DNA of 64,000 nt from an uncultured delta proteobacterium (GTDB taxonomy: Bacteria; Desulfobacterota; Binatia; UBA9968): the NCBI GenBank assembly GCA_963755715.1, contig CAVWLW010000043.1, positions 113,604 through 177,603 of the forward strand, given 5' to 3'. Under the pieces are notes generated by a model. It ran no database searches, had not been told where the DNA came from, and saw only the letters and a program-made list of their open reading frames with translations. Position numbers and translations under genes: made by a program. Of this stretch, positions 1 through 11,000 are shown in pieces (position 1 is the stretch's first letter; each line of letters begins with the position of its first letter).

Positions 1-226
1 GCGGTGATGTTATCCGGTTTTCTCTTCGATCTGCGCAGCATGCCGGTGCTGGTGCGGCTGATGACCTATGCGCTGCCGGCGCGCTACTACGTCGCGCTGC
101 TGCAAACGATTTTTCTCGCCGGCGATATCTGGGCGGTGATTTTGCCGAACATGGCCGTGCTCGCCGGCATGGCCGCCGCGTTAGTGCTGTTGACGTACCG
201 GGCGACGCGGAAGACGCTTGGCTTGA
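1..226 (+). CDS. ABC-2 type transporter permease (YbhS-like), C-terminal part
   Basis: MLSGFLFDLRSMP...TYALPARYYVALLQTIFLAG is a typical ABC-2 permease C-terminus. The natural stop is probably the TGA at 224-226 after a 1-bp indel; the ORF track reads through. Confidence 0.8.
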
Positions 227-235
227 GACAAGAAT

Positions 236-1354
236 ATGCTCGAAGCTTTTTTTCGCATTCTGGCGCTGACCCGCAAAGAATTGCTGCAGATCTTCAAGGA
301 CCCGCGCAGCCGCTACAGCTTGTTGATCCCGCCGATCTTGCAGTGCCTGATTTACGGTTACGTGGCGACCTACGATTTGAACGATGTTCCCTATGCAGTA
401 TTGGATCAAGATCGCAGCGCGGCTTCGCAAAAATTGCTGGCGGCGTTGGACGGCTCCGGCGTGTTTCACCGGGTTGCCAACCTCGAGCGCGCCGCGGACG
501 TGCGCAGAACTATCGATGAGCGGCGCGCTTTATTGGTGTTACAAATTCATCAGGATTTCGAGCGCCGGCTCATGTCCGGCCAGCCGGCCGACCTGCAAGT
601 GATCGCCGATGGCAGAAACTCCAACACCGCGGGTACGGCCATCGGTTATATCGGCACGATCATCGAGTCGTTCAATGCCGCTTGGCGCAACGAGCGCGGC
701 CAACCGGGCGCGCCGGTTCGGCTGACGACGCGCGCATGGTACAATCCCAACCTGGAGACGCGCTGGCATATGATTCCGGCTTTGATCGGCACGCTCACGT
801 TCGTACAAACTCTAATGCTGACCGGTTTGTCGGTGGCGCGCGAGCGCGAGCAGGGTACTTTCGATCAGTTGCTGGTGACGCCTTTCCGGCCCGTTGAGAT
901 CATGGCCGGCAAGGCATTGCCGGCGATGTTTGTCGGCATCGTTCAGGCGACCTTGGTGTTGCTCGTGGCGCAGCTCTGGTTTCGCATTCCATTCGCCGGC
1001 TCGTTCATCACGCTGTACGCGGGCTTGAGCGTGTTTCTACTCGCGGCGGTCGGCATGGGCCTGCTGTTATCGTCGGTGGCCGCCACCATGCAGCAGGCGA
1101 TGCTGCTGTCATTTTTATTGATCATGCCTTTTGCGCTGCTGTCGGGGCTGACGACTCCCGTCAGCAGCATGCCGGTATTTCTCCAGTATGTGACGCTGAT
1201 CAATCCATTGCGCTACGCGATCGATATCGCCCACCGGGTTTATCTCGAAGGAGTGGGTTTGGGTTTGTTAGTCCCCGAGTTGTGGCCCCTGGCGGTTATC
1301 GCTTTGGTGACGTTAAGTGGCGCGTCTTGGATGTTTCGCCATCGACTCGCTTAG
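236..1354 (+). CDS. ABC-2 type transporter permease (YbhR-like)
   Basis: RAWYNPNL, SVAREREQGTFDQLLVTP and LSGLTTPVSSMP motifs; multiple TM segments. Confidence 0.92.
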   Translation: MLEAFFRILALTRKELLQIFKDPRSRYSLLIPPILQCLIYGYVATYDLNDVPYAVLDQDRSAASQKLLAALDGSGVFHRVANLERAADVRRTIDERRALLVLQIHQDFERRLMSGQPADLQVIADGRNSNTAGTAIGYIGTIIESFNAAWRNERGQPGAPVRLTTRAWYNPNLETRWHMIPALIGTLTFVQTLMLTGLSVAREREQGTFDQLLVTPFRPVEIMAGKALPAMFVGIVQATLVLLVAQLWFRIPFAGSFITLYAGLSVFLLAAVGMGLLLSSVAATMQQAMLLSFLLIMPFALLSGLTTPVSSMPVFLQYVTLINPLRYAIDIAHRVYLEGVGLGLLVPELWPLAVIALVTLSGASWMFRHRLA

Positions 1355-1394
1355 CGCGTCGGATCGATCATCGATGAGAAGGAAGCTCGAAGTT

Positions 1395-2847
1395 ATGTAC
1401 ATGAACTTAATTCAGAAATGGAATAAGGCAGGCGCGGTTCTGCTGCTCTGCGCCGCCGGTTGCGCGGTCGGGCCCGATTACCAACGGCCCGACTTGGCGG
1501 CGCCGCCGGCGTGGCAAGAAGGAGGACAGCGCGGCGTCGACACGCGAACCGCTGACATGGCCCAGTGGTGGACGGCTTTCAAGGATCCCTTGCTCGATTC
1601 GCTCGTCGAGCGCGCGGTCAAGTCGAATCTCGATCTGCGCATCGCCGAGGCGCGCGTGCGCGAGGAACGCGCGTTGCTTGCCGCGACTGCTTCGGGGCTC
1701 TGGCCTACGGTGGACGTTGCGGGCTCCTACAGCCGGAGCCGCGGGAGCCAGAACGCGTTGGTATTTGGCGGCGGCGGCGGGGGCGCAGCATTCTCCGGCG
1801 GCCTCATTCTGGAGCATGAATCTCTTTCAGAACGGTTTCGATGCCAATTGGGAAATCGATATATTCGGCGGCACCCGACGGCGCGTCGAAGCCGCCCAAG
1901 CGAGCCTCGAAGCGTTCGTCGAAGATCGCCGCAGCGTACTGGTGACTTTGCTCGGCGACGTGGCGAAAAATTATATCGATCTGCGCGGTTTGCAACGGCG
2001 GCTGGCGGTCGCGCAAGACAATTTGAAGGCGCAGGAGGATACTTTGGAGCTGACCAAGATCCGTTTCGACGCCGGCCTGGCGAGCGATTTCGATGTCGCT
2101 CAAGCCGAAGGCGAAGTCAAAACCACCGAGGCGCAGATCCCAACGCTCCAGACCGCTTTAAAACAAACGGCGTACCGCATCGATATTTTGCTCGGCGCGC
2201 AGCCGGGGGCCTCCTGGGGCGAACTCGCGAACGACGCGCCCGTTCCCGCGCTACCGCCGGAAGCGTACGTAGGCCTGCCAATTGATCTGCTCAGGCGTCG
2301 GCCGGACATTCGCAGCGCCGAGCGCCAATTGGCGTCGGCCACGGCGCTGGTCGGTGCCGCCACCGCGGACCTTTATCCGAAATTTTCCCTGGCCGGCTCG
2401 ATCGGTTTACAGAGTATCAGCGCGAGCAATTGGTTCTCGGGGCCGAGCCGTTTTTGGTCGATTGGGCCGACGATCAGTTGGCCGGTTTTCGACGCCGGCC
2501 GGATCCGCGCGACGATCGAGGTGCGCAACGCCCAGCAGGAGCAGGCGCTGCGCTCGTATGAGCGATCCGTGTTGAATGCCTTGGGAGACGTGGAAAGCGC
2601 TTTGGTCAACTACGGCAACGAGCAGAAGCGCTATCGATCGTTAATCGAAGCGGTGGCGTCCAATCGTCGCGCCGAGCAATTGGCCAATGACTTGTACACT
2701 CAGGGACTCGTTCCCTTTCTCAATGTCCTCGATGCGCAACGCACGCTTTATGCGTCGGAAAGCGATCTCGCGGTGAGCGAGGCAAGCCTGGCATCGAACC
2801 TGGTCGCCTTGTACAAAGCTTTGGGCGGCGGCTGGGAAACCAACTGA
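1395..2847 (+). CDS. Efflux outer-membrane lipoprotein, NodT/OprM family (one frameshift near 1815)
   Basis: Lipobox AAGC followed by AVGPDYQRP; WEIDIFGG, DLLRRRPDIRSAE and LYKALGGGW motifs, split over ORFs 1317..2285 and 1678..2847. Confidence 0.9.
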
Positions 2848-3080
2848 GTTATTCTGTCGCGCGATAGCGCAGTAATTCACTCTCGAGCATCCTGCTTCGT
2901 GTTTACTCACATAGCTACGCGCGGGTTGGGCGTCTAAAGTTGTCGATTGCGCGAGGGAGCGGCCGCGAAGCCCGATTGCGATCGCCACTGTAGGGCTTGC
3001 CGCTGGCGCTGGTTTGATCTATGTAAATAGTTGGTTTCAGCGAGTCGTCTCAAGCTACAGAGTTAAAAGGAGAGAAGTCT

Positions 3081-4214
3081 ATGAAAGACGGATTCAAAGT
3101 GATCGACGCCGATCGGCATATTCTGGAGCCGACGGATCTTTACCAAAATTATTTGCCGGAGAAATTCAAGCATCGGGTTCGTCTGGCGGGGCCGAACCAG
3201 ACGGTGCGCGAAGTGGATGGCAAACCGGTGTCCGATTCCGCCCTGCGGCCGGGCCGGAAGTTGGAAGATTTCGGTTATATTTTTTCCTCTTCGAAGCGTT
3301 GGCGTGAGTGCTTCGCCGATGCTTACGCCAATAAGTTCGACCCGGCGTCGAACCTGCGCGACATGGATCGCGAAGGCATCGATGTCTCGGTGCTGTTTCC
3401 GACGATCGGGCTCTACATCATGTGGCGCGACGACATCGATCCCGAGCTGAGCGCGGCCATCTGCCGGGCCTACAACACCTGGCTCGCCGATTATTGCGAT
3501 CACGACCGCAAGCGCTTGCACGGCGTGATGCTGATCCCGCTGCAAGATCCGGCGCGCGCCGTCGAGGAGGTGAAGTATGCGCGCGAGAAGCTCGGCCTCG
3601 TCGGTATTTTCTGGCGGCCGAATAAGTTTTGCGGCCGGACGTTTTCGAGTCCCGATTATTATCCGATCTATGACGTTTGTTCCGAGCTCGGCGTGACCAT
3701 TTGCGTTCACGAAGGCGCGCGCACCGTATTGCCGCAGGCGGGCGATGACCGCTACAGCGAATTCGGCCGCCACATCGCCTGCCATCCGCTGGAACAGATG
3801 CTCGCCTGCTTGAACTTTTGCGCCGACGGCGTGCTTGAAAAATTTCCCAAGCTGAAAGTCGCCCACCTCGAATCGGGCTGCGGCTGGGTGCCTTTTTGGC
3901 TCGAACGCATGGACGAGCATTGGGAACACGAGTCGCACGGCTCGGCGAAAATCACCAAGGAAAAACCGAGTCATTATTTCAAGCAAAATTGCTGGGTGAG
4001 CTGCGAAGCGGGCGAAGAACTGGCGCCGGTATTTATCGAGCACGTCGGCGATGATTATTTGATGATCGCCACCGACTATCCGCACAGCGACGCCATCGAT
4101 AAGTTCCCCGATAAAACCGTCGGCGCGATCAGCGGCAACAACAAGATCGCCGCCGAATCGCGGCGCAAAATCCTCTGGGACAATCCGACCAAGACGTTTG
4201 GTTTGGGAGCGTAG
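3081..4214 (+). CDS. Amidohydrolase family 2 protein
   Basis: IDADRHILEP, DMDREGID, HLESGCGWVP and ATDYPHSD motifs; AAGGAG RBS upstream. Confidence 0.9.
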   Translation: MKDGFKVIDADRHILEPTDLYQNYLPEKFKHRVRLAGPNQTVREVDGKPVSDSALRPGRKLEDFGYIFSSSKRWRECFADAYANKFDPASNLRDMDREGIDVSVLFPTIGLYIMWRDDIDPELSAAICRAYNTWLADYCDHDRKRLHGVMLIPLQDPARAVEEVKYAREKLGLVGIFWRPNKFCGRTFSSPDYYPIYDVCSELGVTICVHEGARTVLPQAGDDRYSEFGRHIACHPLEQMLACLNFCADGVLEKFPKLKVAHLESGCGWVPFWLERMDEHWEHESHGSAKITKEKPSHYFKQNCWVSCEAGEELAPVFIEHVGDDYLMIATDYPHSDAIDKFPDKTVGAISGNNKIAAESRRKILWDNPTKTFGLGA

Positions 4215-4250
4215 TCAAATCCGCCCCTGATCTTTTCATAACGAGTAGTC

Positions 4251-4287
4251 AAGGCCCGAATCGTAACGGTTCGGGCCTTTGTGTTTT
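4251..4287 (+). terminator. Rho-independent terminator
   Basis: AAGGCCCGAATCG-TAA-CGGTTCGGGCCTT hairpin followed by a T-rich tail, between convergent genes. Confidence 0.8.
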
Positions 4288-4376
4288 AATTAGAGGCAAG
4301 TCGGAATAGAACCGGAGCAAAACGGGAGCGGTTTGTCAGGTGCGAAGAGAGTTCTTTGTTCTCGTCGAGTCGGCCT

Positions 4377-7300
4377 TCAAGAAGGGAGCGGGATATAATG
4401 AGGTAGTGAAAAGGTAAACGTGGAACCTTCACCGGGTTGACTCTCCACGCGAATGTCCCCGTTCATCAATTCAAGATACTTCTTGACGATGTTGAGGCCA
4501 AGACCCACGCCATTAAAATCTCCGGTGTGCGCTTCCTTGATTTGCTCAAAGGCGCTGAAGATTCTATCCATATCCTGCGCTTCGATGCCGATGCCCGTAT
4601 CGGCGATGGTAAATTCAACGCGGGCGAGGTCGCGGAGGTTTCTCACTCGCAGGCTGATCTGCCCCTGCGGCGTGAATTTAAAGGCATTGCCGATAAGATT
4701 TTGTAAAATTTCTTCCAGCTTCGTTGCGTCGGTAACAATCGCGGGGAGTTCCGGTTCAACATCCCAACAAACCTGCAAACGATTCTGCCGGTTCAGTTGC
4801 TCGATCTGGCTTTGTGCATGAGCAACAACTTCGTTGATGTCGACGGTTGCCAACTCCATCGACATCTTCTTTGCATCCAGCCGCGACAAGGCCAATACAT
4901 CGTTCACCATTCTCAAGAGAAACTGCGAATGGTGGCGAATCTGCGTCATGGATCTTTTTTGTTCAGGATTGATATCGCCGAAGAAACCTTCGCCGGTTAG
5001 CTCCGCGTTGCCCATGATCACGTTCAATGGGGTTCGAAGCTCATGGGACATGGCTGAAATAAACTCGGACTTGGCCCGGTTAGCCTCCTCCAGTTCCTGA
5101 TTCATCTGTCCCAGCTCAGCGGTTTTCTGGTTCACCTGGGTGAAGAGCCGCGCGTTTGCCGCGGCGACGCCGATTTCCTGGGCTATGGATTCGATGAGCT
5201 GTAATTCATCGGGAGCAAAGTGTCGTTTGGTTTTGTTGGCGAGGTGCAACACGCCAATGGCTTTGTCATTCGCCTTGATCGGGAACCCGGCTGCACTGGC
5301 AAATCCCAGAGAGAGTATCTTACGCCGGGAACTGATCTGTTTGTATTGCACATCATTCGGAAAATCCTCGAAAACCAATCGCTCGCCCGTCTGAAAAATT
5401 GTGCCGGTGATTCCCGCGGACAACTCTCGCGTATTCATAGAGTGCGCAAGCTCTTCGCTCAGACCCTGGTGAGCCTGGAGACGCAATTTCCCTTCGGAGG
5501 AGTCCAGGATATAAATCCAGCTCGCGTCGAAGTTGAGCGCCTCAATCATTTTTTCGATGGCCTGTTTCAAGACCACGTCGAGATCCAAAGACTGGCTCAC
5601 CGCCGTGCCGATTGTGTTCAGGACCGAGAGCTGCTGCAACCTCGTTTCCGATTGGCGGAATAGACCCGCCTTTTCGACAGCCACGGCAAGTTGTTCGGAC
5701 ATGGAGGTAAGCAAGCGGATTTCATCGCTCGTCAATTTTCGCGGAGAGTGCGCGTTAAAAAGTATCGCGCCAAAGATACGAGAGTGGGTCTTGATCGGGA
5801 AGACCGCGAAAAAGCTCAGCTCGGCGTTACGCGTGGCTTTAGTCGTGCTCAGCGCAGCATATCGGAGGTCCGTGCGGATATCTTCGAATATCATGGGCTC
5901 GCCGGATGCTGCGACGCTGCCGATGACTCCCTGCCCGAGTTTGAAGGTGCGTACCCGAGTCTTATATTTCGGGTCGACTTCAAACGAGGCGCGCAACTCC
6001 AACTCTTCCGTGTCGTCGTTAAAAAGAAATACCCGCGTGCTGTCAAAACTGAATATCTCTGTGATCTTAGCGATCACTGCGTCCGCGATGTCCTTCGGAG
6101 CCAAGGATTGGTTTACCGCCGTGGTGACTTCGTAGAGCGCCGTTATCTCTTTTGTCCGTTGTTCTACTTTCTGTTCTAGAGTCGCATAGGAGTTTTGGAG
6201 AGCGTCGGTCATCTTGTTAAATTCACCCGCCAACTCCTCGATCTCGTCGCCGGTCCTAATATGGGCTCTGTGTTCAAGGTTGCCGGCGCCGATCGTTGCC
6301 ACGTCCTGCCCGAGTTCTTGTATCGGTCTAGTAATCTTTTGGCTGACCCAAGCAATGATAGCGGCTCCGATGAGCAGACCCACCACCAGGAACAACAACG
6401 CTGAGCGCTTTAATATTTCCACGTTGGCTAACGCTGCATCGACGGGCTCCTCCAGGATAATCGACCAGCCCAATTCAGGTACCGGCGCATAGGTGACTAA
6501 TACGGGGTTGCCCATCAATCCCGTCCCTTCATGGGCGGGAGCGGGATCCGGACGCGTAGGGTTGCGTAAAAATTTTTTGACTCCGTCAAGTTGTCGGAGG
6601 TTCATCCGCTTTAATACCAGCGTGGCATCTTTATGGGCGATTAGATTTCCATGCTCGTCCACCAAGTAGGCGTATCCAGAGGTGCCGAAACGAATCTTTC
6701 CAAGCACTTCCCAGAGAAACGAGAGATCGGCTTCGGCCGAAACCACCCCGGCAATGCTCTGTGCGGCGCCCCACAGCGGGATCGCCAGTGTGACGTACGG
6801 CTGGGCTCGGTTCGAAGTGTAGACCGGGCTTATATAATCCTCTCCCTTAAGCGCTTTGATGAATTTGGGCGATTTACTTTGATCGGTTAGATCGGAGGGA
6901 AAATAAACTTTTCTGTCGGATACCTTCAGGACCTCCATACCTTGCGAGTCGATAATGGATGCATCGGAGAAGCTGCTGTCGTTTTTGACCACGAGACCGA
7001 GGAGTAACTGTTGCTCCTTGCTTCCCAATTGATAAAGACTTAAGGCGTCGGCGGTATCTGAAAACCGCTCGATCTTTCGTCGCACAAAGTTGCGAATTCC
7101 CTCTGCGGTGACCGAAGCCAGCTCCGACTGCAACGCGGCAGCGTCTTGCCGGATCTGTCTCACCATATAAAAATAGCCGGCGACAACGACAACCAACAGG
7201 GCAATCCCAAAAAGGCTGAGGCCCCACATCAGGAGGCGACGCCGGATACCGCCGCCACGAAAAGGACCTAGTATTTTTTGCCAAAAATCCCGCATGACCC

Positions 7301-7406
7301 ATGGGATTGCGTTGTGCGCCGTCGGCACAATGTCGGTGGGGAGCCCAACTCGCCACGGTATTGCTGACTTGGAGGCGGAGCGGTCTTGGTTCTTAATCTC
7401 ACTCAT
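4377..7406 (-). CDS. Membrane sensor histidine kinase (Cache, HAMP, two GAF domains, HisKA, HATPase)
   Basis: Two TM segments flank a Cache-like domain; HAMP (GDEIEELAGEFNKM); H-box SHELRTPLN; NLIGNAFKFT, DTGIGI and GLGL boxes. Confidence 0.93.
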   Translation of the reverse strand: MSEIKNQDRSASKSAIPWRVGLPTDIVPTAHNAIPWVMRDFWQKILGPFRGGGIRRRLLMWGLSLFGIALLVVVVAGYFYMVRQIRQDAAALQSELASVTAEGIRNFVRRKIERFSDTADALSLYQLGSKEQQLLLGLVVKNDSSFSDASIIDSQGMEVLKVSDRKVYFPSDLTDQSKSPKFIKALKGEDYISPVYTSNRAQPYVTLAIPLWGAAQSIAGVVSAEADLSFLWEVLGKIRFGTSGYAYLVDEHGNLIAHKDATLVLKRMNLRQLDGVKKFLRNPTRPDPAPAHEGTGLMGNPVLVTYAPVPELGWSIILEEPVDAALANVEILKRSALLFLVVGLLIGAAIIAWVSQKITRPIQELGQDVATIGAGNLEHRAHIRTGDEIEELAGEFNKMTDALQNSYATLEQKVEQRTKEITALYEVTTAVNQSLAPKDIADAVIAKITEIFSFDSTRVFLFNDDTEELELRASFEVDPKYKTRVRTFKLGQGVIGSVAASGEPMIFEDIRTDLRYAALSTTKATRNAELSFFAVFPIKTHSRIFGAILFNAHSPRKLTSDEIRLLTSMSEQLAVAVEKAGLFRQSETRLQQLSVLNTIGTAVSQSLDLDVVLKQAIEKMIEALNFDASWIYILDSSEGKLRLQAHQGLSEELAHSMNTRELSAGITGTIFQTGERLVFEDFPNDVQYKQISSRRKILSLGFASAAGFPIKANDKAIGVLHLANKTKRHFAPDELQLIESIAQEIGVAAANARLFTQVNQKTAELGQMNQELEEANRAKSEFISAMSHELRTPLNVIMGNAELTGEGFFGDINPEQKRSMTQIRHHSQFLLRMVNDVLALSRLDAKKMSMELATVDINEVVAHAQSQIEQLNRQNRLQVCWDVEPELPAIVTDATKLEEILQNLIGNAFKFTPQGQISLRVRNLRDLARVEFTIADTGIGIEAQDMDRIFSAFEQIKEAHTGDFNGVGLGLNIVKKYLELMNGDIRVESQPGEGSTFTFSLPHYIPLPS

Positions 7407-7537
7407 TAATTCCGGTCCGCCACTTTTAGTTTTTTCTTCCTATCTCCAATCACTAAACGCCAGACTCAGCTATCGCCCATCCTTGGGGCAAAATCGTAAA
7501 TTGTCTTAGGTTGCTATTCCCAAGGAATTCCCACAAC

Positions 7538-7552
7538 GCAGGAATTATGCCA
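7538..7552 (-). promoter_or_regulatory. Putative sigma54 -24/-12 promoter for the histidine kinase
   Basis: Minus strand TGGCATAATTCCTGC (GG-N10-GC) about 130 bp upstream of the start, within an AT-rich region. Confidence 0.55.
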
Positions 7553-7972
7553 CGTTTTTCAGGCCAATCTATACAACCGCAAGTAGTCTGTTTTTAAAAG
7601 GATTATTGTGCTTGCTTTAGAAAAATCAGGTGCTGTTGAGGCCGAAAACGTCACTTGTGCCGAAAATGAACAGATTTGTCGCTATTTCAAATGGCGTTTA
7701 GAGATATTAGGTCAATGGAACTGAAAGCCCAGGATGCATAATGTGCCAATAACTTAATCCCTGGGCGCCCATTTGTTGCAAACAATCTTCTAAACACAAC
7801 AAAGGTTCGTATGGCGATTTTGAGCCGACAGCGAGTTTAGGTCAAAGTCGCTGAAGCCGAAGGTTGCGTGCTCAAAGTCAAGACAACCTTGTTCGCCGTA
7901 GAGCAGCAATGAAAATCGGCTCCGCAATGCCGCGTGGTGAGATGCGCGGATTCGTTGCGGTAAAGTGCCCGG

Positions 7973-8993
7973 CTACTTGATTACCTTATCTGCCTGGACG
8001 AGAACGTGCTGTGGTATCACAACACCAAGTTCCTTGGAGGTTTTAAGGTTGACGAAAATTTCGAATTTTGAGGCAAGCTTCACCGGCAGATCGGCAGGTT
8101 TAGCACCTTTCAAAATTTCGACTGTATACTCGGCGGCGCGTCGATAAAGATCGGATAGGTTCGCTCCGTATGAAATCAGGCCCCCCGCTTCGACGTACCG
8201 ATCTTCTTCGGTCATCGATGGCATTCTATGTTTCGTGACGAGCGGAAATAGTGTTTTCATGTGTTGAGACATCATAGGGTTTCCCACGACGATAACAGCA
8301 TCGGTGTTAGCGTTTTAGCACCTTGAAATGCACCGGCGAAATCGGGTGTAGGACCACGTACCTCAAGGGAGCGAAGGTCCAGTTTAAATGCCGTCGCTGC
8401 TGCATTGTACTCTTTAAAGGCGACGGTCGGTCCTGGTGCATCGGCATCCCAAAGGATGGCAATGCGAGACAACTTTGGAAGCAGTTCCTTCAAGAGTTCT
8501 ATGCGCTTGGCGCTAATATCTCGGTTAAGCCAAGCAAGGCCCGTAATATTTCCCCCAGGATGCGCAAAGCTTTCTACATATCCAGCAGCGACAGGATCAA
8601 CTGAGCTGATCATTACAATTGGGATGGTCTTGGTGGCTTCTTTCGCGGCCCGGATCACTACGTTATTAACTCCAAGAATAATATCCACTTTCTGTTGAAC
8701 AAATTCTTGTACAAAAGGTGCCATCCGATCCAATCGGCCTTCCGCGTAGCGACGTTCAAGAATGATATTCTTTCCCTCGATGTAACCCAGATCCCGCAAC
8801 CCTTGCTTGTAGGCTTCGTAAGTGGCGAAGGAGTATCTGGCGTGCCAATGGTAAAGATAGCGCCGATACGTGGAGGGCCTTTAGTTGGCTGTTGTGCGTT
8901 AGACAGAAGGGGCGATGTAAAAAACAATACTAATGTGAGTGATAAAACATGGCTCCGTGTCATAAACGCAGGCTCCATCCGTCGACGAGGCAA
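7973..8993 (-). CDS. ABC transporter substrate-binding protein (ABC_sub_bind type), two frameshifts
   Basis: DLGYIEGKNI, TKTIPIVM..DPVAAG..PGGNITG, GGLISYG and ILKGAKPADLPV motifs across three ORFs. Confidence 0.85.
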
Positions 8994-9106
8994 AGGCCAT
9001 AACGTGGACGGCCACAGACGTGTGGTCCAACCGGTATAATAACATGCTCCAAAAGTTTTTTGGAGGAAAATTCTTGGCCTTAGCGAGACGTATTTAGCTT
9101 ATTCGC

Positions 9107-9425
9107 GTGAACAAACGGGCTCAAGTTGGCACGGACCACGTGCACGTCTTTCTGGGATATCGACCCAACCAGGATGTGCGCCAAATCATGCAATGGCTCA
9201 AGGGGATCACCTCGCGGGTGCTGCGGCAGGAATTTCCGGATCTGCACAAGAGATTTTGGGGACGACTTGGGCACGAGGGTATTTGGCGGTCAGCTCAGGC
9301 AACATCACCGACGAGTTGGTTAAAGAATACATCGAAGAGCAAGAGGGTGAACTGGTCATTAATGATAGTCGATTTCCAATCGCCAGCCTTTAAATCCCTC
9401 GGCTTCCAGCTGAGGGGTTGTTCAA
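9107..9425 (+). mobile_element. tnpA: IS200/IS605-family remnant (5'-truncated tnpA plus right end)
   Basis: HUH motif DHVH, LKGITSR, W.RGYLAVSSG and ITDELVKEYIEEQ (catalytic Tyr). Subterminal hairpin CCCTCGGCT-TCC-AGCTGAGGG at 9396-9416 and TCAA at 9422-9425. Confidence 0.85.
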
Positions 9426-9894
9426 TTTCGTCCGACGCCGATCAAGAGATCGTCTCTGGCTCTGGAACCATCCGCGAAGAAGAGCTCGACGCCGGCGGCA
9501 ATTTCCTCAAAGCCCGCGACTCGTCGGTTCAGCCGCACGACGTCCTTTAAACTCTCGTGCTTTGGCGGCGAGCAAATCGTGAAGATCAGCGCGGTGAAGT
9601 TGATTGTATGGCGTGCCGTTCAGCCTCTCATGCTCATCGGCCAGCGAAAACTGGCCGATGACCTCGCTCGTATCATGGAGTCGAAAAACATAAGCGCCGG
9701 CCGAACCGACAGTTTCGCGATCGCGTCGCCAAGACCAGAGAACATGCATCGCATTGGCGCTGAGCTGTATGGCAGCGCCGATCTCGCTCAACTGCGACGC
9801 CTGCTCGTAAACCTCGACGTCATAGCCCGCCTTCATGAGAAGCCGCTGTTAGCCCGCCAATACCCGCGCCAGCAATCAGAATCTTTTTGATCAT
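9426..9894 (-). pseudogene. FAD-dependent monooxygenase (salicylate hydroxylase-like), N-terminal remnant
   Basis: MIKKILIAGAGIGGLTAA Rossmann motif, VYEQASQLSEIGAAIQL and HRADLH. Truncated at the DLLIG motif by the IS end; indels present. Confidence 0.8.
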
Positions 9895-10205
9895 GAAAAT
9901 AAATAAGTCATTGTGAGATAAATTGGTCCTAGGCTGAGAAACGCCACATTGTTCTGTTCGACAAAATACCCAACAAAATTAGGCGCGGAGAACGGCAAGA
10001 GCTTGTCGACCGCTCTCGAAAGGAAACGCATAACAGAATGGAGAAAAGGAAGATCGAAGCCATTTGAGTGCACACATGGCGAGCCGATGGATAACGATTG
10101 TTTTCAGGATCAGAACTTTATTGTGGACTACTGTCGCCTTGATAGAGTTGGCCAATTCTACGGGGTAAAAGCGTCAGAGCATCGAGATGAGATGTCCTCA
10201 TTAGT

Positions 10206-10937
10206 TTATGGATTCATGTTGGCATTGTGGGCGGTGGTAGCTGGTTCGAACGTGTAACCAAACCGTTCGATCACCGCACGGTCTTGGAGTGAGACTAGTT
10301 CCGCTAATTCGGGTGTGTAATAGCTTGAGTAATGCGAGTGATCAGCGGTGTTCTTTTTTTCGGACTCAAGTATGTGGGCTCGAATCTCATCACTCGCCGC
10401 ACCGATCCGTTCTAGAAAGTGGATCAAGTCCGCTCGTAAACGTTCCTGCCGGCAGAAAAACAGTTCGTCAGCGTTTCCGAACAGGTGATTGAATCGGAAA
10501 GTGTAATATCCCACGCCAGTACCACGAATTTTCCGCAGCGCGTCTTTAGTAATGTTAGGAATATTTCTCTTACGATAGTCGACCTCGTCGGGCAGTTTCT
10601 CAATAAGAGCGTCGAGCCGGTCGTTATCGGTACCAAGATTTAAAGCGTTGCGCGTCGCGCCTTCGAATTGCTGCTTGCCATTTTCGGATAGCCATGAATG
10701 CAGCGGAGTTGCGCCGTCCCTAGGCCAGACATGATAATACCAAGAAACATAAAATTCCCAAGGATTGCGCACCGCACCAAGTACCGGCAGGTGGGAGTAT
10801 TCATTCGGTAACAAGAATCTCGGCAGGTGGTAGCCGATCTCTCGCGCTGACGGAAAAAATCTCATGATTACGTCTGTGATAAATGTCCCACCGGTTCTTG
10901 GGAAATGCACAAACACAAACTTGTCGGTGACGATCAT
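10206..10937 (-). CDS. Sulfotransferase-like protein (Sulfotransfer_2-like)
   Basis: FVFVHFPRTGGT 5'-PSB-like motif, VRNPW..VSWY and C-terminal HYSSYYT....DR..IERFGY. Confidence 0.7.
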   Translation of the reverse strand: MIVTDKFVFVHFPRTGGTFITDVIMRFFPSAREIGYHLPRFLLPNEYSHLPVLGAVRNPWEFYVSWYYHVWPRDGATPLHSWLSENGKQQFEGATRNALNLGTDNDRLDALIEKLPDEVDYRKRNIPNITKDALRKIRGTGVGYYTFRFNHLFGNADELFFCRQERLRADLIHFLERIGAASDEIRAHILESEKKNTADHSHYSSYYTPELAELVSLQDRAVIERFGYTFEPATTAHNANMNP

Positions 10938-11000
10938 CTTCTGTCCGCCAATTTCCTAGACTGAATATCGCGGCATCATTACCTATTTGGAAAATCGCCG

